A model generated the notes under the pieces. That model was not told the origin of the DNA. It worked only from the letters and a program-made list of their open reading frames with translations, and made no database searches. From NCBI GenBank assembly GCA_964490125.1, contig CAZBAJ010000001.1:67573-131572 (forward strand): DNA of 64,000 nt, given 5' to 3'. Below, piece by piece: positions 27,803 through 38,249 of the stretch. The stretch's first letter is position 1; every line of letters begins with the position of its first letter. The translations under genes were made by a program, and so were the position numbers. The DNA is from an uncultured Candidatus Saccharibacteria bacterium (GTDB lineage: Bacteria; Patescibacteriota; WWE3; UBA101185; UBA10185).

Positions 27803-29052
27803 GCGATACATACAACATTATTTGCCTTTCCAACCAGCTTTGGCTTAAAGATTATTGGACAAATAAAAGTCATGTCATGAGCCGTCTTAGCAAGTTGGGG
27901 CATAAGGTGCTTTTTGTGGAGCCACCGATTAATACCGGCAGACTTTTTTTACGACAGGTGTTAGCCGGTGCGTGGTCAAAAAATCGGCTAATTACCAAGA
28001 CAAGCGTTATTAAAGAAAGCGGGGTTTTAGTTTATTCGCCTTTAAATTTTTTGCCAAACTCTGGTTTCAATACAAGTCGACATATAAAGAGTATAGAAAA
28101 ATTAGCAAAAAGTTACTTTGATCCCACAAGAAAGACTCTGTTGTGGGTTTATCATGTCCAACTAAAAGAGCTTATGGACTATGTGGGTAGGCTCCATCAC
28201 GACATTTTAATTTACGATTGTGTAGATAACTACCTTGGTTTTCCCGAAAATAGTGATTTTTATGCCACCACCGTGAGTAAAAAGCAATTAATTCTGCAGG
28301 AAGTGGAATTGGCTAAAAAGGCGGATTTGATTTTTGCTTCCGCACCGGGTTTGGTTGACAGGCTGATTAAACATAATCCTAACACACACTTTACGCCAAA
28401 TGTGGGAGATTACCAAAAGTTTAAAGACGCAAAGTTAATAAAGGAGCTTCCCAGCGACTTAGCTAAAATAAAGAAACCGGTAATTGGTTTTACTGGGGCT
28501 CTGGATGAATATAAATTCGACATGGAACTGTTTAAAAAGGTTATCAAAGAGTGTCCGAACTGTTCGTTTGTGCTTATCGGCTCTATGGCAATAAAAGGTA
28601 AGGAGGTTACAAAAGACGAACTGGGTTTATCTGACTTTGAGAACGTTTATTTACTTGGTCCAAAACCATACGCGGATATTCATAATTATTTTGCTGGTTT
28701 TGACGCCTACATTATTCCTTACCAGCTAAACGATTACACTGTTGGCGGGTGTTTTCCCGTAAAGTTTCACGATGCTTTGGCAGCGGGTTTGCCCGTGGTG
28801 GTAACCGATATGCCTGTCTACACATTGTTTAAAGATGTTTGTTATATTTCTAAAAGTGACGATGAGTTTGTTGACAATGTAAAGCGGGCGGTTGCGGAAG
28901 ATTCGGTTGACAAGATTAAAGCCAGACAAGAAGTCGCCAAACACAATAATTGGGACGGTAAAGTTGCCAGTATGCTAGAGTTAATAAACAAAGTCATTGC
29001 GAGGAGCGAACTAAAGCAGCAATCTGGGATTGCTTCACTGCGTTCGCAATGA
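27799..29052 (+). CDS. Glycosyltransferase (GT-B, TuaH-like)
   Basis: YDCVD and FPVKFHDALAAGLPVV motifs. Confidence 0.85.
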   Translation: MSDTYNIICLSNQLWLKDYWTNKSHVMSRLSKLGHKVLFVEPPINTGRLFLRQVLAGAWSKNRLITKTSVIKESGVLVYSPLNFLPNSGFNTSRHIKSIEKLAKSYFDPTRKTLLWVYHVQLKELMDYVGRLHHDILIYDCVDNYLGFPENSDFYATTVSKKQLILQEVELAKKADLIFASAPGLVDRLIKHNPNTHFTPNVGDYQKFKDAKLIKELPSDLAKIKKPVIGFTGALDEYKFDMELFKKVIKECPNCSFVLIGSMAIKGKEVTKDELGLSDFENVYLLGPKPYADIHNYFAGFDAYIIPYQLNDYTVGGCFPVKFHDALAAGLPVVVTDMPVYTLFKDVCYISKSDDEFVDNVKRAVAEDSVDKIKARQEVAKHNNWDGKVASMLELINKVIARSELKQQSGIASLRSQ

Positions 29053-29053
29053 C
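28993..29053. repeat. REP/RPE-like palindromic element
   Basis: GTCATTGCGAGGAGCG...GCAATCT..GATTGCTTC...TCGCAATGAC inverted repeat; supplies the GT stop codon. Confidence 0.75.
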
Positions 29054-29062
29054 GCTCGATAT

Positions 29063-30193
29063 ATGAAAATACTTTACACATTAAATTCAGGCGTTCCTGG
29101 CGGTATGGAGCAGCATGTTTTGGACTTAGTAAGCCAAATGCTTGCCCACGGTCACGAGGTGTATGTTTGGTGTAATGGCGGGGTAATTTACGACTGGTAT
29201 AAAAAAGCGGGTGCTAAAGTTACAGAGAAAACTATTAGAGACGACATTGATATTACCTACATCAAAGAGTTACGACAATTTCTAAAAGAAAACAAGATTC
29301 AAATAGTTCATGCACACGAGCTTAAAGCGGTTGCTAATACACTGCTTGCGGGGTTTTGGGCGGGGGTCAAGGTTAGAATTACTCATCAACACACGCCGTT
29401 TACCGATTGGCAAGTCCCAAAGTCAAAAAGACTTATTTACGATATTTTTTATTCCTTAGCGGTAAATATTTTGGCGACAAGGGAAATTGCGCTAACCAAA
29501 ACTATTAAGCAGTTAAAGATGCAGGCGGGAATTACTCAAAAAAAGCTTGCGGTGATTCCAAACGGCATCGATACCTATAAGTTTTTTGTAGCAGAAAACG
29601 AACGGGAAATATATCGCAAAGAGGTTTGTAAAAAATATCGCATTGATCCGTCAACCAAAATTATTGGAAACATTAGCAGGACGACTAAGGAAAAAGGTCA
29701 CGACCTGTTAATTAGAGCGTTTGCGGAATTACTTTCCGACAAAAACATAAACCGCGCCAAGTATACACTTATGATTTGTGGCGGTGGTGACTTGGAAGAA
29801 GATTTGTGGACTTTGGCAGGGGAGTTGGGCGTTAAAGACCTGATGGTTATTACTGGTCGGTTTGACGACGACTTAAAGCTTAAATTTTATAGCGCGTTTG
29901 ACTATTTTGTTTTCCCAACTTTGGCAGAAGGCTTTGGAATAGTGCTAATTGAGGCTTTAATTTGCGGACTTCCGGTTTTATGTTCAGACATGCCGGTACT
30001 TAAAGAGGTTGGTGGGCAGTTTCCGTTGTATTTTAAGTTGGGGGAGTATCAGGATTTGGCAGAAAAACTGGTGGACATATTAGAAAAACCGCGGGACGAC
30101 GGTCAACAAAAAAGTTACATTGAAAAGAATTATTCTTTGGAAAAGTTTGGCGAGAATTATCATAAACTGTATGAAAGTTGTCTAAAAATTTAA
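29063..30193 (+). CDS. Glycosyltransferase family 4
   Basis: GGMEQHV and EGFGIVLIEA motifs. Confidence 0.92.
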   Translation: MKILYTLNSGVPGGMEQHVLDLVSQMLAHGHEVYVWCNGGVIYDWYKKAGAKVTEKTIRDDIDITYIKELRQFLKENKIQIVHAHELKAVANTLLAGFWAGVKVRITHQHTPFTDWQVPKSKRLIYDIFYSLAVNILATREIALTKTIKQLKMQAGITQKKLAVIPNGIDTYKFFVAENEREIYRKEVCKKYRIDPSTKIIGNISRTTKEKGHDLLIRAFAELLSDKNINRAKYTLMICGGGDLEEDLWTLAGELGVKDLMVITGRFDDDLKLKFYSAFDYFVFPTLAEGFGIVLIEALICGLPVLCSDMPVLKEVGGQFPLYFKLGEYQDLAEKLVDILEKPRDDGQQKSYIEKNYSLEKFGENYHKLYESCLKI

Positions 30194-30198
30194 TAAAT

Positions 30199-31317
30199 AT
30201 GAAAGTTCTTTTTCTAGCAAGGTCAGATCTTTACACGGTTGCCGGCGGGGACACCGTCCAAATAGAAAATACCGCAAAAGAGCTTAAAAAGCTTGGCGTG
30301 GATGTAGATGTTGCGACAAACTCACATGTGGATATTAAAAATTACGATCTTGTTCATATCTTTCAGCTTGACTGGGTGCCGGAGACCTACTTTTATGTTA
30401 AAAAAGCTAAGGAATACGGCAAACATATTGTTTTGTCGCCCATTCACCACGCAGAAGTTGAGGTTAAAAAGTTTGATGACATTTACACTTTTGGACTCCG
30501 TAAACTGGTGGGTTATTTTATCCGCAAGCAAGAGCATCGTGATATTTTAAAGAATATTTACCGGTCTTTGCACGACAAATCTAAGCTACTTCCAACCTTA
30601 AAAGGTGCTTTTTTTGGTTACAGGCGGACGCAAAGAGAGGCGTTAATAATGTCGGACATAGTTTTGGTGCAGACGGATCAGGAAGCCAAGGATTTACAGT
30701 CGACTTATAGAGTGGATTTTAAATGGCAAAAGGTGGTAAATGGCGTGTCAGAGCAGTTTTTGTCGTGCGACAAGTTTGTAAACAAACTAGCGTTTAAGGA
30801 TTACATAATATGCGTCGGGAGAATAGAGGCCAGAAAAAACCAATTAAATATTATTGAAGCGGTTAAACTTTTCCGCCAGGAAAAAGGTTTTGAAGATGTC
30901 AAGCTGGTGTTTTTGGGCAGACGGAGCGAACATCACAAAAGCTATATTGCCAAGTTCGACAATCAATTAAAGAGCAATAGCTGGATTGTCCACCCGGGTT
31001 TTATTCCGCAGGATGATATTCCCAGTTACTATCATTTTGCTAAAGTGGGAGTTTCTGCCAGCTGGTTTGAAACCACCGGACTCACCAGTTTGGAGGCGTT
31101 ATTTTGCGGAACAAATGTAGTAGCCAGTGGGGAACGGGCAAGAGAGCTTTTGGGCGACTTGGCGGTTTATTGCGAGCCAGCTGATGTAATCTCCATTAAA
31201 AATGCGCTTAGGGAGGCTTACACAAGACCTGCACCAGTAGTTCCGGCAAGTTTTAAAAAGGAATACACTTGGGAAAATGCCGCCAGGCAGACTTTGGAGG
31301 TTTATCATGAACTTTGA
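30199..31317 (+). CDS. Glycosyltransferase family 4
   Basis: GGDTVQ, GRIEARKNQ and ETTGLTSLEA motifs. Confidence 0.9.
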   Translation: MKVLFLARSDLYTVAGGDTVQIENTAKELKKLGVDVDVATNSHVDIKNYDLVHIFQLDWVPETYFYVKKAKEYGKHIVLSPIHHAEVEVKKFDDIYTFGLRKLVGYFIRKQEHRDILKNIYRSLHDKSKLLPTLKGAFFGYRRTQREALIMSDIVLVQTDQEAKDLQSTYRVDFKWQKVVNGVSEQFLSCDKFVNKLAFKDYIICVGRIEARKNQLNIIEAVKLFRQEKGFEDVKLVFLGRRSEHHKSYIAKFDNQLKSNSWIVHPGFIPQDDIPSYYHFAKVGVSASWFETTGLTSLEALFCGTNVVASGERARELLGDLAVYCEPADVISIKNALREAYTRPAPVVPASFKKEYTWENAARQTLEVYHEL

Positions 31318-34162
31318 GCCTGTTTTTATAGCCTTGATTTTTGGTTTTTCGCTAATAGCGATGCTAGTAAGTCCTAAAAAATCGGTCTACCTTATTTTGG
31401 CTGCTTCGGTTTTATTACACAAGGAGCTTTTTAGCGTTTATTCTTGGAACATTCTGCCAATTAGAGTCGTTATGGGAGCAGTTTTGGGCTTTGTAATGCT
31501 CGACATCTTTAAGTCGGTCAAAAATAAACGGTTGGATTGGTTTAAGGAGCAGTTTCAAAGTCCGCTCCCGATTTTGCTCTTGGCATTTTGGGCGATTGCC
31601 GGAGTTTCCATATTTTTTTCCAAAAACATACCTGCTAGTTTGTCAGTTTATGTTTTCTTAACCACGGTTGTTGCGCTTTATTTTTACTTTAGTAAGATTT
31701 TTGACGGAGATAAATTTAGCGTATTACAAATTATTAAGGTTTACATCGGCATCGCTTTTATTTTGTCGCTCATAAGTTTTGTGCAAATTTGGGTTTATAA
31801 AAACTACAACTTTATCTTTGGCGCGTTTTGGAATGTACCCGGTCATACGCCTAGAGTAGGCTCGCTGTTTTGGGATGTAAACCATTTTGCCGGTTTTTTG
31901 GTGCTGTTACTGCCGATTGTGGGTGCTTTAGTTTTGGTGTCGACTTGGAGGCGTCGTCTAAAGTTTGGGCTAATGGGTATAACAATGTTTGTGACCTTGG
32001 CGTTGACTAACGCCCGCAGTGGTTGGATTGCCGGCGCGTTGGCGCTCTTGGTATTTGTGTTAATTTTGGTGTTTAGAAAGTTTAAATACAAGGGTTTTGC
32101 GGTCATATTTTCTTTACTTTTGGCTGTTACTGGGGGGGTTTTGTCACAGTATTTAGATAAGCAAAGCCCTGTACGACGGGAGATCCGGCAGTATTTTCAT
32201 TACCGCTTGGATTCGTTTGACTCGCATTTTTTGTTGCTTACCGGCGCCTGGCAAGTGTTTGAAAAATATCCCATTTTGGGCGGCGGGTACGGCGGTTTTT
32301 TTGAACACTTTGCTAAATCCAAAATCTCTGCAACTTTTTTTGCGCGTGATCCCGCCGCCCTGAATACCCGTGTGCCGGCTCATTCCACTTGGGGAGAGCT
32401 TCTAGCAGAAACCGGCGTTTTAGGTTTTTCTCTCATGTTGATGTTTTACGCCACCGTAGTTTTTACTCTACTTTACGCGTCCTTGCGCCTAAAAAAACGC
32501 CAGGAATTTATAGTTACTTCCGCCATGACGGCTTCCGTCGTAGGTATTCTGACGGCTGGAATTTTTTATTCTTACAACTCGGAGTTTTTCTGGATCATCT
32601 TACTTTTGTATTTTCTTTACGGGTTATATTGCTTGCGGACGGAATTTGTCGATCGTGGTGAAAGCCTTTGGAACGATATTTATTCTTATTTTATTTCTAA
32701 TCCAAAGTTTCCGCCGGCAGTTTTATTTGTTATCGCTTCAGCCCTAATTTTTATCAACCTAGGTTCTAATCATCTAATTCCGTACGATGAGGCTATTTAC
32801 GCCAAGGTCTCTCAAAACATTGTGCAAACAAACGATTGGCTAACCATGTTCTGGCGGGATGGTCTTCCGTGGTTTGAGAAACCGCCTTTGTATTTTTGGC
32901 TTTCCGCGTTGGCTTTAAAAATTCTTCCAGCAACTCCGGAGCTTGCCGTCCGCCTGCCGTCCGCCATATTTGGACTTCTGTCCGTTATGCTAATCTACAT
33001 CTTTGGTAAGAAGCTGTTTGGCAAAACCGCGGGTTTTATAGCAGGTTTTAGTTTGCTCACAATCTTTCATTTTTTGTATTACTCGCGACTCGGCATGCTA
33101 GATGTCACCTGCACATTTTTTATTCTCGCATCGCTTTATTTTTACTACCTAGCCTCGCAAGAAATTGGCAAAGCTAAACTTGTTTTGGCAGGACTTTTTC
33201 TGGGACTTGCAGTTTTAACTAAAGGCGTGGTGGGGTTTTTACCTCTAATAATTATTTCACTTTGGGAAGTTTCTGGACTTTTTAAGCGTCGCCCAACCGC
33301 GTCTACCATTTTTGTCTCACTAGCCAAAATTCTTGTCGTCCTACTTACCTCTGCAGTGATATTTTTGCCATGGCATTTAAAAATGTATCAGCTTCACGGT
33401 CAACCCTTTATAACAAGCTATTTGGGTTATCATGTTTTTGGCAGGGCGACGCTGGAAACGGAAGATAAGACCGGGCCGATTTACTGGTATTTTATTGTAC
33501 TAAAAGTTTCCATGCGACTTTGGTTTTTAGCTTTGATTCCCTCTGTAGTTTATGCGATTTACGGTCTAGTTAAGAATAAAACGGATCGTCCAAAGCTAGG
33601 TTTACTACTAATCTGGGCGGTGTTAATTTTGGCAGTTTTTTCCTTATCAAAGACCAAGTTGGTTTGGTATATTATGCCCATTTACCCTGCTTTGACGCTG
33701 TTAATTGGTTATTTCTATTCCGTTGCTTTAGCTTTTGTCGACCACAAACTTTCCCAACTTAAGCATGTCTCGTCCTTCTTTTTAAAAACTCTAATAATTT
33801 ATCTAACAGTTTGCGTCGTCTTGATTTATACGCTAATAAATAAGAATCTAATTTACCCGTCCGACTTAACGGGGTCACAGGCGCAAATGATGCAACTTAA
33901 AAACAGCATTTACGGTCAAAAAGAAAAAGTGTATTTGGACAGAATCGAGCTTCCGCTAGCGCTTTTTTATGCAGACGGACCTTTTGAAATCACCGATTTT
34001 ACTCCGTTACGCCAGTCGCTAAAAACCGCTAACGCGGAAAAAACCCGGCTACTATTTATTACCAAAGAAAGTCGATTTAAACAATTTCAAAAAGAGTATC
34101 CGGCAATAAAGCTTGTCGGCTCGGCAAAGGAGTGGTATTTTGGGGAGCTGGTGGCGCAATGA
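31307..34162 (+). CDS. Fusion of O-antigen ligase-like domain and ArnT/GT39-like glycosyltransferase
   Basis: N-half DVNHFAG, ARSGWI, PAHSTWGELLAETG; C-half YDEAIYA, FEKPPLYFW, RLPSA. Confidence 0.8.
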   Translation: MNFEPVFIALIFGFSLIAMLVSPKKSVYLILAASVLLHKELFSVYSWNILPIRVVMGAVLGFVMLDIFKSVKNKRLDWFKEQFQSPLPILLLAFWAIAGVSIFFSKNIPASLSVYVFLTTVVALYFYFSKIFDGDKFSVLQIIKVYIGIAFILSLISFVQIWVYKNYNFIFGAFWNVPGHTPRVGSLFWDVNHFAGFLVLLLPIVGALVLVSTWRRRLKFGLMGITMFVTLALTNARSGWIAGALALLVFVLILVFRKFKYKGFAVIFSLLLAVTGGVLSQYLDKQSPVRREIRQYFHYRLDSFDSHFLLLTGAWQVFEKYPILGGGYGGFFEHFAKSKISATFFARDPAALNTRVPAHSTWGELLAETGVLGFSLMLMFYATVVFTLLYASLRLKKRQEFIVTSAMTASVVGILTAGIFYSYNSEFFWIILLLYFLYGLYCLRTEFVDRGESLWNDIYSYFISNPKFPPAVLFVIASALIFINLGSNHLIPYDEAIYAKVSQNIVQTNDWLTMFWRDGLPWFEKPPLYFWLSALALKILPATPELAVRLPSAIFGLLSVMLIYIFGKKLFGKTAGFIAGFSLLTIFHFLYYSRLGMLDVTCTFFILASLYFYYLASQEIGKAKLVLAGLFLGLAVLTKGVVGFLPLIIISLWEVSGLFKRRPTASTIFVSLAKILVVLLTSAVIFLPWHLKMYQLHGQPFITSYLGYHVFGRATLETEDKTGPIYWYFIVLKVSMRLWFLALIPSVVYAIYGLVKNKTDRPKLGLLLIWAVLILAVFSLSKTKLVWYIMPIYPALTLLIGYFYSVALAFVDHKLSQLKHVSSFFLKTLIIYLTVCVVLIYTLINKNLIYPSDLTGSQAQMMQLKNSIYGQKEKVYLDRIELPLALFYADGPFEITDFTPLRQSLKTANAEKTRLLFITKESRFKQFQKEYPAIKLVGSAKEWYFGELVAQ

Positions 34163-35391
34163 GATATGTAACGGTGTTAAAAAAAGTTTCCTTGGTTAGC
34201 GCCGGCAACATAATAAATGCGGGTTTTGGACTAATTTTTCTTACCGCTTGCGCAAAAACATTAAATGTAGCCGACTTTGGCAAATACGCCCTGCTGACTA
34301 CCCTTTTGGTTTTTATGTCCAAGGTGGTGGATTTTGGCTCAAATTCTGTTTTTGTAGCCGAGTCGCTTAAAACCCAAAACCGACAAATGTTAATTGAGCG
34401 TTTTTATCTGCTTAAAGTAGCGTTATTCGGTGTAGCTTGTCTTCTATCCGTTGTCGTACTGTACTTTTTAGGTTTTGGCTCGCCTCCGGTAATAACTATT
34501 TTTCTTGTCGGACTTATTTTTTACTCCATTAATGTCACGCTTTTTGCTATTTATCAGTCTTTAGAAATGTTTAGACATGCGGTTTTGCTAAACACCATTC
34601 CGGCAATAGTCAAAGCAATTTTGGGCGGACTTATGCTTCTGCACATTTTTACCCCGTCGTTACTAACTATTTACGCCATATTTTCCCTGTCCATGGGACT
34701 CTGCATAGTCCTCTACTTTTTTATCCCAAAGGAATTTAAGTTTTTCCGTCAAACTGATAACTCGTCACAAGGGTTTCTGCCCATTCTTACAACCAGTTTT
34801 CCCGCAGGAATTTCCCAGCTTATTTCCCAAGGCTGGCCCGCAATTTCCAATACTATTGTTAAAATTTCCAAAGGATTTACAGATGTTGGGGTTTTTTATT
34901 TGGCCGACAAAATTGCCAATGTCTTTAATCTAGTCTCGCTTTCTATTTTTACGGTTATTTTGCCCCAAAATGCCCGGCGTAAAAAGGAGAATCTCCCGCA
35001 CGACTTAAAAGAAACCGCGTTTTTAGGTGTGCTTATTTTGCTATTGGCGTTTGGATTTGTTGGTGTTTCCGGTATTTTTGTGACCAAACTTTTTGGCGAC
35101 AAATTTAGCGGTTCTTTATTGATTTTGGACATTTTGATTGTTTCCTCGGCAATTTCTGCCATCCACGCGTTTATGGAAAATTATTTTTATATTCACGACA
35201 GCACCAAGACTATTATGTATATTTCTTTGGTAAAGCTTGGCGTATTTATTGCCCTTGCTCTAGCGCTGATTCCAGTTTTGTCCCTTAAAGGACTGGCACT
35301 AGCACAACTTGTTTCTTCCTTGCTTGGTCTTACGATTGTGGTTTTGACGACCATCTTTGCAAGTCGCAAACGCAGTTGGTCTAAGGTGTGA
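34159..35391 (+). CDS. Oligosaccharide flippase (Wzx-like)
   Basis: About 12 TM; FGKYA, DFG and VGVFYLA patterns; in GT cluster. Confidence 0.8.
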   Translation: MRYVTVLKKVSLVSAGNIINAGFGLIFLTACAKTLNVADFGKYALLTTLLVFMSKVVDFGSNSVFVAESLKTQNRQMLIERFYLLKVALFGVACLLSVVVLYFLGFGSPPVITIFLVGLIFYSINVTLFAIYQSLEMFRHAVLLNTIPAIVKAILGGLMLLHIFTPSLLTIYAIFSLSMGLCIVLYFFIPKEFKFFRQTDNSSQGFLPILTTSFPAGISQLISQGWPAISNTIVKISKGFTDVGVFYLADKIANVFNLVSLSIFTVILPQNARRKKENLPHDLKETAFLGVLILLLAFGFVGVSGIFVTKLFGDKFSGSLLILDILIVSSAISAIHAFMENYFYIHDSTKTIMYISLVKLGVFIALALALIPVLSLKGLALAQLVSSLLGLTIVVLTTIFASRKRSWSKV

Positions 35392-35509
35392 TTTTTGATT
35401 ACATGCGGTCTAAAGGTGGTTTTTCTGCTGTTGTTACAGGTTTGGTTTATTTATAAGGGTAAATTAGATATAATGACCGAAATGTTTGATTTATAACGGG
35501 TGTATAGAT

Positions 35510-37552
35510 ATGCAAGTACAACAATTACCGATTTACCAATTCTTAGAAGGTACTGGGAAGAGCTTTATAATACCTGTATATCAAAGAGATTATGCTTGGA
35601 CTAGGATTAATTGCCAAAGATTGTGGGATGACCTAGTAGATTTGAAAAACAACGCGAGAGCAGACCACTTTTTAGGTACCCTTGTCACCATCGGAAGCGG
35701 TTTCCAAGAGTACACGGTTATTGATGGTCAGCAGAGATTAACAACAACATCAATTTTACTAATTGCCTTACACACATTTATAAAAAACAAACTGGAAAAA
35801 AATGATGAAGAAAAAATATTATCCGAACAGGTTTTGGACTTTTTGATTAACAAGTATTCACCGGAACAAGATAAAAGAATAAGACTAAAGCCTAATAAAC
35901 AGGATAAGGAGCATTTTGAAAAGCTTTTTACAAACGGAAATGCCGAAAATGTTAATTCAAATATAGTGAGTAACTACAACTTTTTTTATGAAAAAATAAA
36001 GTCTGAAATATTATCCCCAAAAGAAGTATTCGACGCATTTAGAAAATTAAAAATCGTACTTATCGATTTGGTTAGAGGACAAGATGATCCGCAGTTAATT
36101 TTTGAGAGTTTAAACTCAACGGGGGTCGATCTTACTGCAGGAGATCTGATTCGTAATTACATCTTAATGGATTTACAACCCATCGAACAAGAAGGAATGT
36201 ATAAGAATTACTGGCTTAATATCGAAAGGTTAACAGGAAACATTGCAGAGTTCGTCAGAAATTACTTGATTTTTAAAACTAAGACATCGGTAAAAAAGGA
36301 TGATGTTTATACAGTATTTAAAAAATTCTCCTTGGATAATTTTCACAGGGATAAGGAATCCATTTTAAAGGATCTACTATATTACGCTGAAATGTATGGT
36401 TGGTTAGTACAGATAAACAACCATCCCAATAGTGTAGTAAATAATCAATTAAACAGACTTAACAAGCTTGAGTTCACGGTATCGCATCCGTACCTACTGG
36501 ATGTTTTCAGCGATTTAAAGGATGGTATTTTAACCGAACAGGCGGTTAAGGACATTTTAATAACTATTGAAAGCTATGCGTTCAGAAAAATGCTTGTAGA
36601 CAACACCACGCAAGGTTTAAACAAGATGTTTATCACACTTTCTAAGGACATAAAAAAAGAAGCATCTTGGAAAGAAATATATTTAGACATTTTGAATTTT
36701 ATACTTCTAGAAAAAAGAGTTTCCCAAAGATTCCCCAGTGATGATGAATTTGAAGCCGCGTTGATAACAAAAGAGGTTTATAGGCTACAAGCAAAGAACA
36801 GAAACTTTTTGCTAGAATCTTTAGAAAACTATAGTTCTGCTTATCCTGTAAATGTTGACGAATTGACAGTCGAACATATAATGCCCCAAACACTTACAAA
36901 AGAATGGAAAAGTAAATTGGGGGATAATTGGCAAGAATTACATAAAAAATATCTACATACTCTAGGCAATTTAAGTTTAACTGCAAAAAATACAGAGTTA
37001 TCCAATAATACTTTTGAAAATAAACAACAGATTGACTATCAAACCAGCAGATTGAAGTTAAATTTTAAACTGGAAGGTCTTACTGATTGGAATGAGGAGA
37101 AAATAATCGAGAGAGCAAAAGATTTAATAAAAAACGCCATAGATATTTGGCCGTTTCCTAAAACAACATACATCAAACCAATCCCCGAAGAGCAGGTTTT
37201 TGATTTAACCAGCGAAGATAGCTTTAGTGGAAGCAAGCCGTCTTTCCTTTATTTTGAAAACGATGATAGAGGGACTGAATTAAAAACATGGAGAGACTTG
37301 CTTACAAAAGGTTGCAGATTCTTGCATGATTTTTCGCCAACCCAGTTCTTGGAAATGCAGAACAGTCATGAATTTAAATGGTATTTCGACAACCAGAAGC
37401 CGTTAAGGCATCCTTTGGAGTTTATGCCAAATAAGTTTGTTGAAGGAAGTATTAGTGCTAATGGCGTTATCGCTTTTCTTTCAAAAATCTGTGAGAGGTT
37501 AAATTACCCTGCAGAAAACATATCATTTTCTATCAAAAATATAAAAGAATAA
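35510..37552 (+). CDS. DUF262-DUF1524 (GmrSD-like) nuclease
   Basis: IPVYQRDYAW, IDGQQRLTT, FESLNSTG and VEHIMPQ...LGNL..NTELSN motifs; AT-rich. Confidence 0.9.
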   Translation: MQVQQLPIYQFLEGTGKSFIIPVYQRDYAWTRINCQRLWDDLVDLKNNARADHFLGTLVTIGSGFQEYTVIDGQQRLTTTSILLIALHTFIKNKLEKNDEEKILSEQVLDFLINKYSPEQDKRIRLKPNKQDKEHFEKLFTNGNAENVNSNIVSNYNFFYEKIKSEILSPKEVFDAFRKLKIVLIDLVRGQDDPQLIFESLNSTGVDLTAGDLIRNYILMDLQPIEQEGMYKNYWLNIERLTGNIAEFVRNYLIFKTKTSVKKDDVYTVFKKFSLDNFHRDKESILKDLLYYAEMYGWLVQINNHPNSVVNNQLNRLNKLEFTVSHPYLLDVFSDLKDGILTEQAVKDILITIESYAFRKMLVDNTTQGLNKMFITLSKDIKKEASWKEIYLDILNFILLEKRVSQRFPSDDEFEAALITKEVYRLQAKNRNFLLESLENYSSAYPVNVDELTVEHIMPQTLTKEWKSKLGDNWQELHKKYLHTLGNLSLTAKNTELSNNTFENKQQIDYQTSRLKLNFKLEGLTDWNEEKIIERAKDLIKNAIDIWPFPKTTYIKPIPEEQVFDLTSEDSFSGSKPSFLYFENDDRGTELKTWRDLLTKGCRFLHDFSPTQFLEMQNSHEFKWYFDNQKPLRHPLEFMPNKFVEGSISANGVIAFLSKICERLNYPAENISFSIKNIKE

Positions 37553-37553
37553 T

Positions 37554-38249
37554 ATGGTGCCAAAATCGATAAGATACTCAAAATTTAACGATATTCATGC
37601 GGTTCTGAGTAAGTCTAAACTTTTGATTGAAAAAATTGAAGAAGAATACAAAAACTCCTTAACATTACAGACTGTTTCTGATGAATTACTAGTGGATATA
37701 AAGGATTATTTAGGTAATCTTCGTTCGGCATTAGACTATCTAAGAGCAAAGGTTTCAGGCCACAATTTTCCAATTTGCAAGACAGAAAAAGAATTTGAAA
37801 ATGCCACAGCCGACCTGCCGGACGAGTTAAAAACCATGTTTAAAAAATTTCAACCTTTTCAAGGAAACGAATGGATTGGGCGGTTCAACATCTTAAATAA
37901 CAAATCAAAACACCTGACCCTTATTCCACAAAAGAGAAAAGAGATTATTGAGACAAGAGTAACCCACCCTAGCGGAGGCGGGGTGAGCTGGTCTCAGGGC
38001 GTGACTTTCGGTAGCGGAGTAAGTGTTATGGGTGTTCCGATTGATCCGCGTACGCAAATGCCGATTCCTAATAATATTGTAAAAACTGAAAGAATTACTT
38101 GGGTTAGTTTTGAGTTTGATAATTCAAATTGCCCAGAATTGCCCCCAGACATTTCTGCCCTCCCGTTTTTAAAACAATGCTTTGGAAATGTTATCCGTGT
38201 AATTTCTGAAATTGAGACCGTGGTAAAGGGGTACGATTTAGATGCTTGA
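37554..38249 (+). CDS. Hypothetical protein
   Basis: 231-aa AT-rich ORF coupled to the DUF262 gene; LRSALDY and NKSKH motifs. Confidence 0.65.
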   Translation: MVPKSIRYSKFNDIHAVLSKSKLLIEKIEEEYKNSLTLQTVSDELLVDIKDYLGNLRSALDYLRAKVSGHNFPICKTEKEFENATADLPDELKTMFKKFQPFQGNEWIGRFNILNNKSKHLTLIPQKRKEIIETRVTHPSGGGVSWSQGVTFGSGVSVMGVPIDPRTQMPIPNNIVKTERITWVSFEFDNSNCPELPPDISALPFLKQCFGNVIRVISEIETVVKGYDLDA

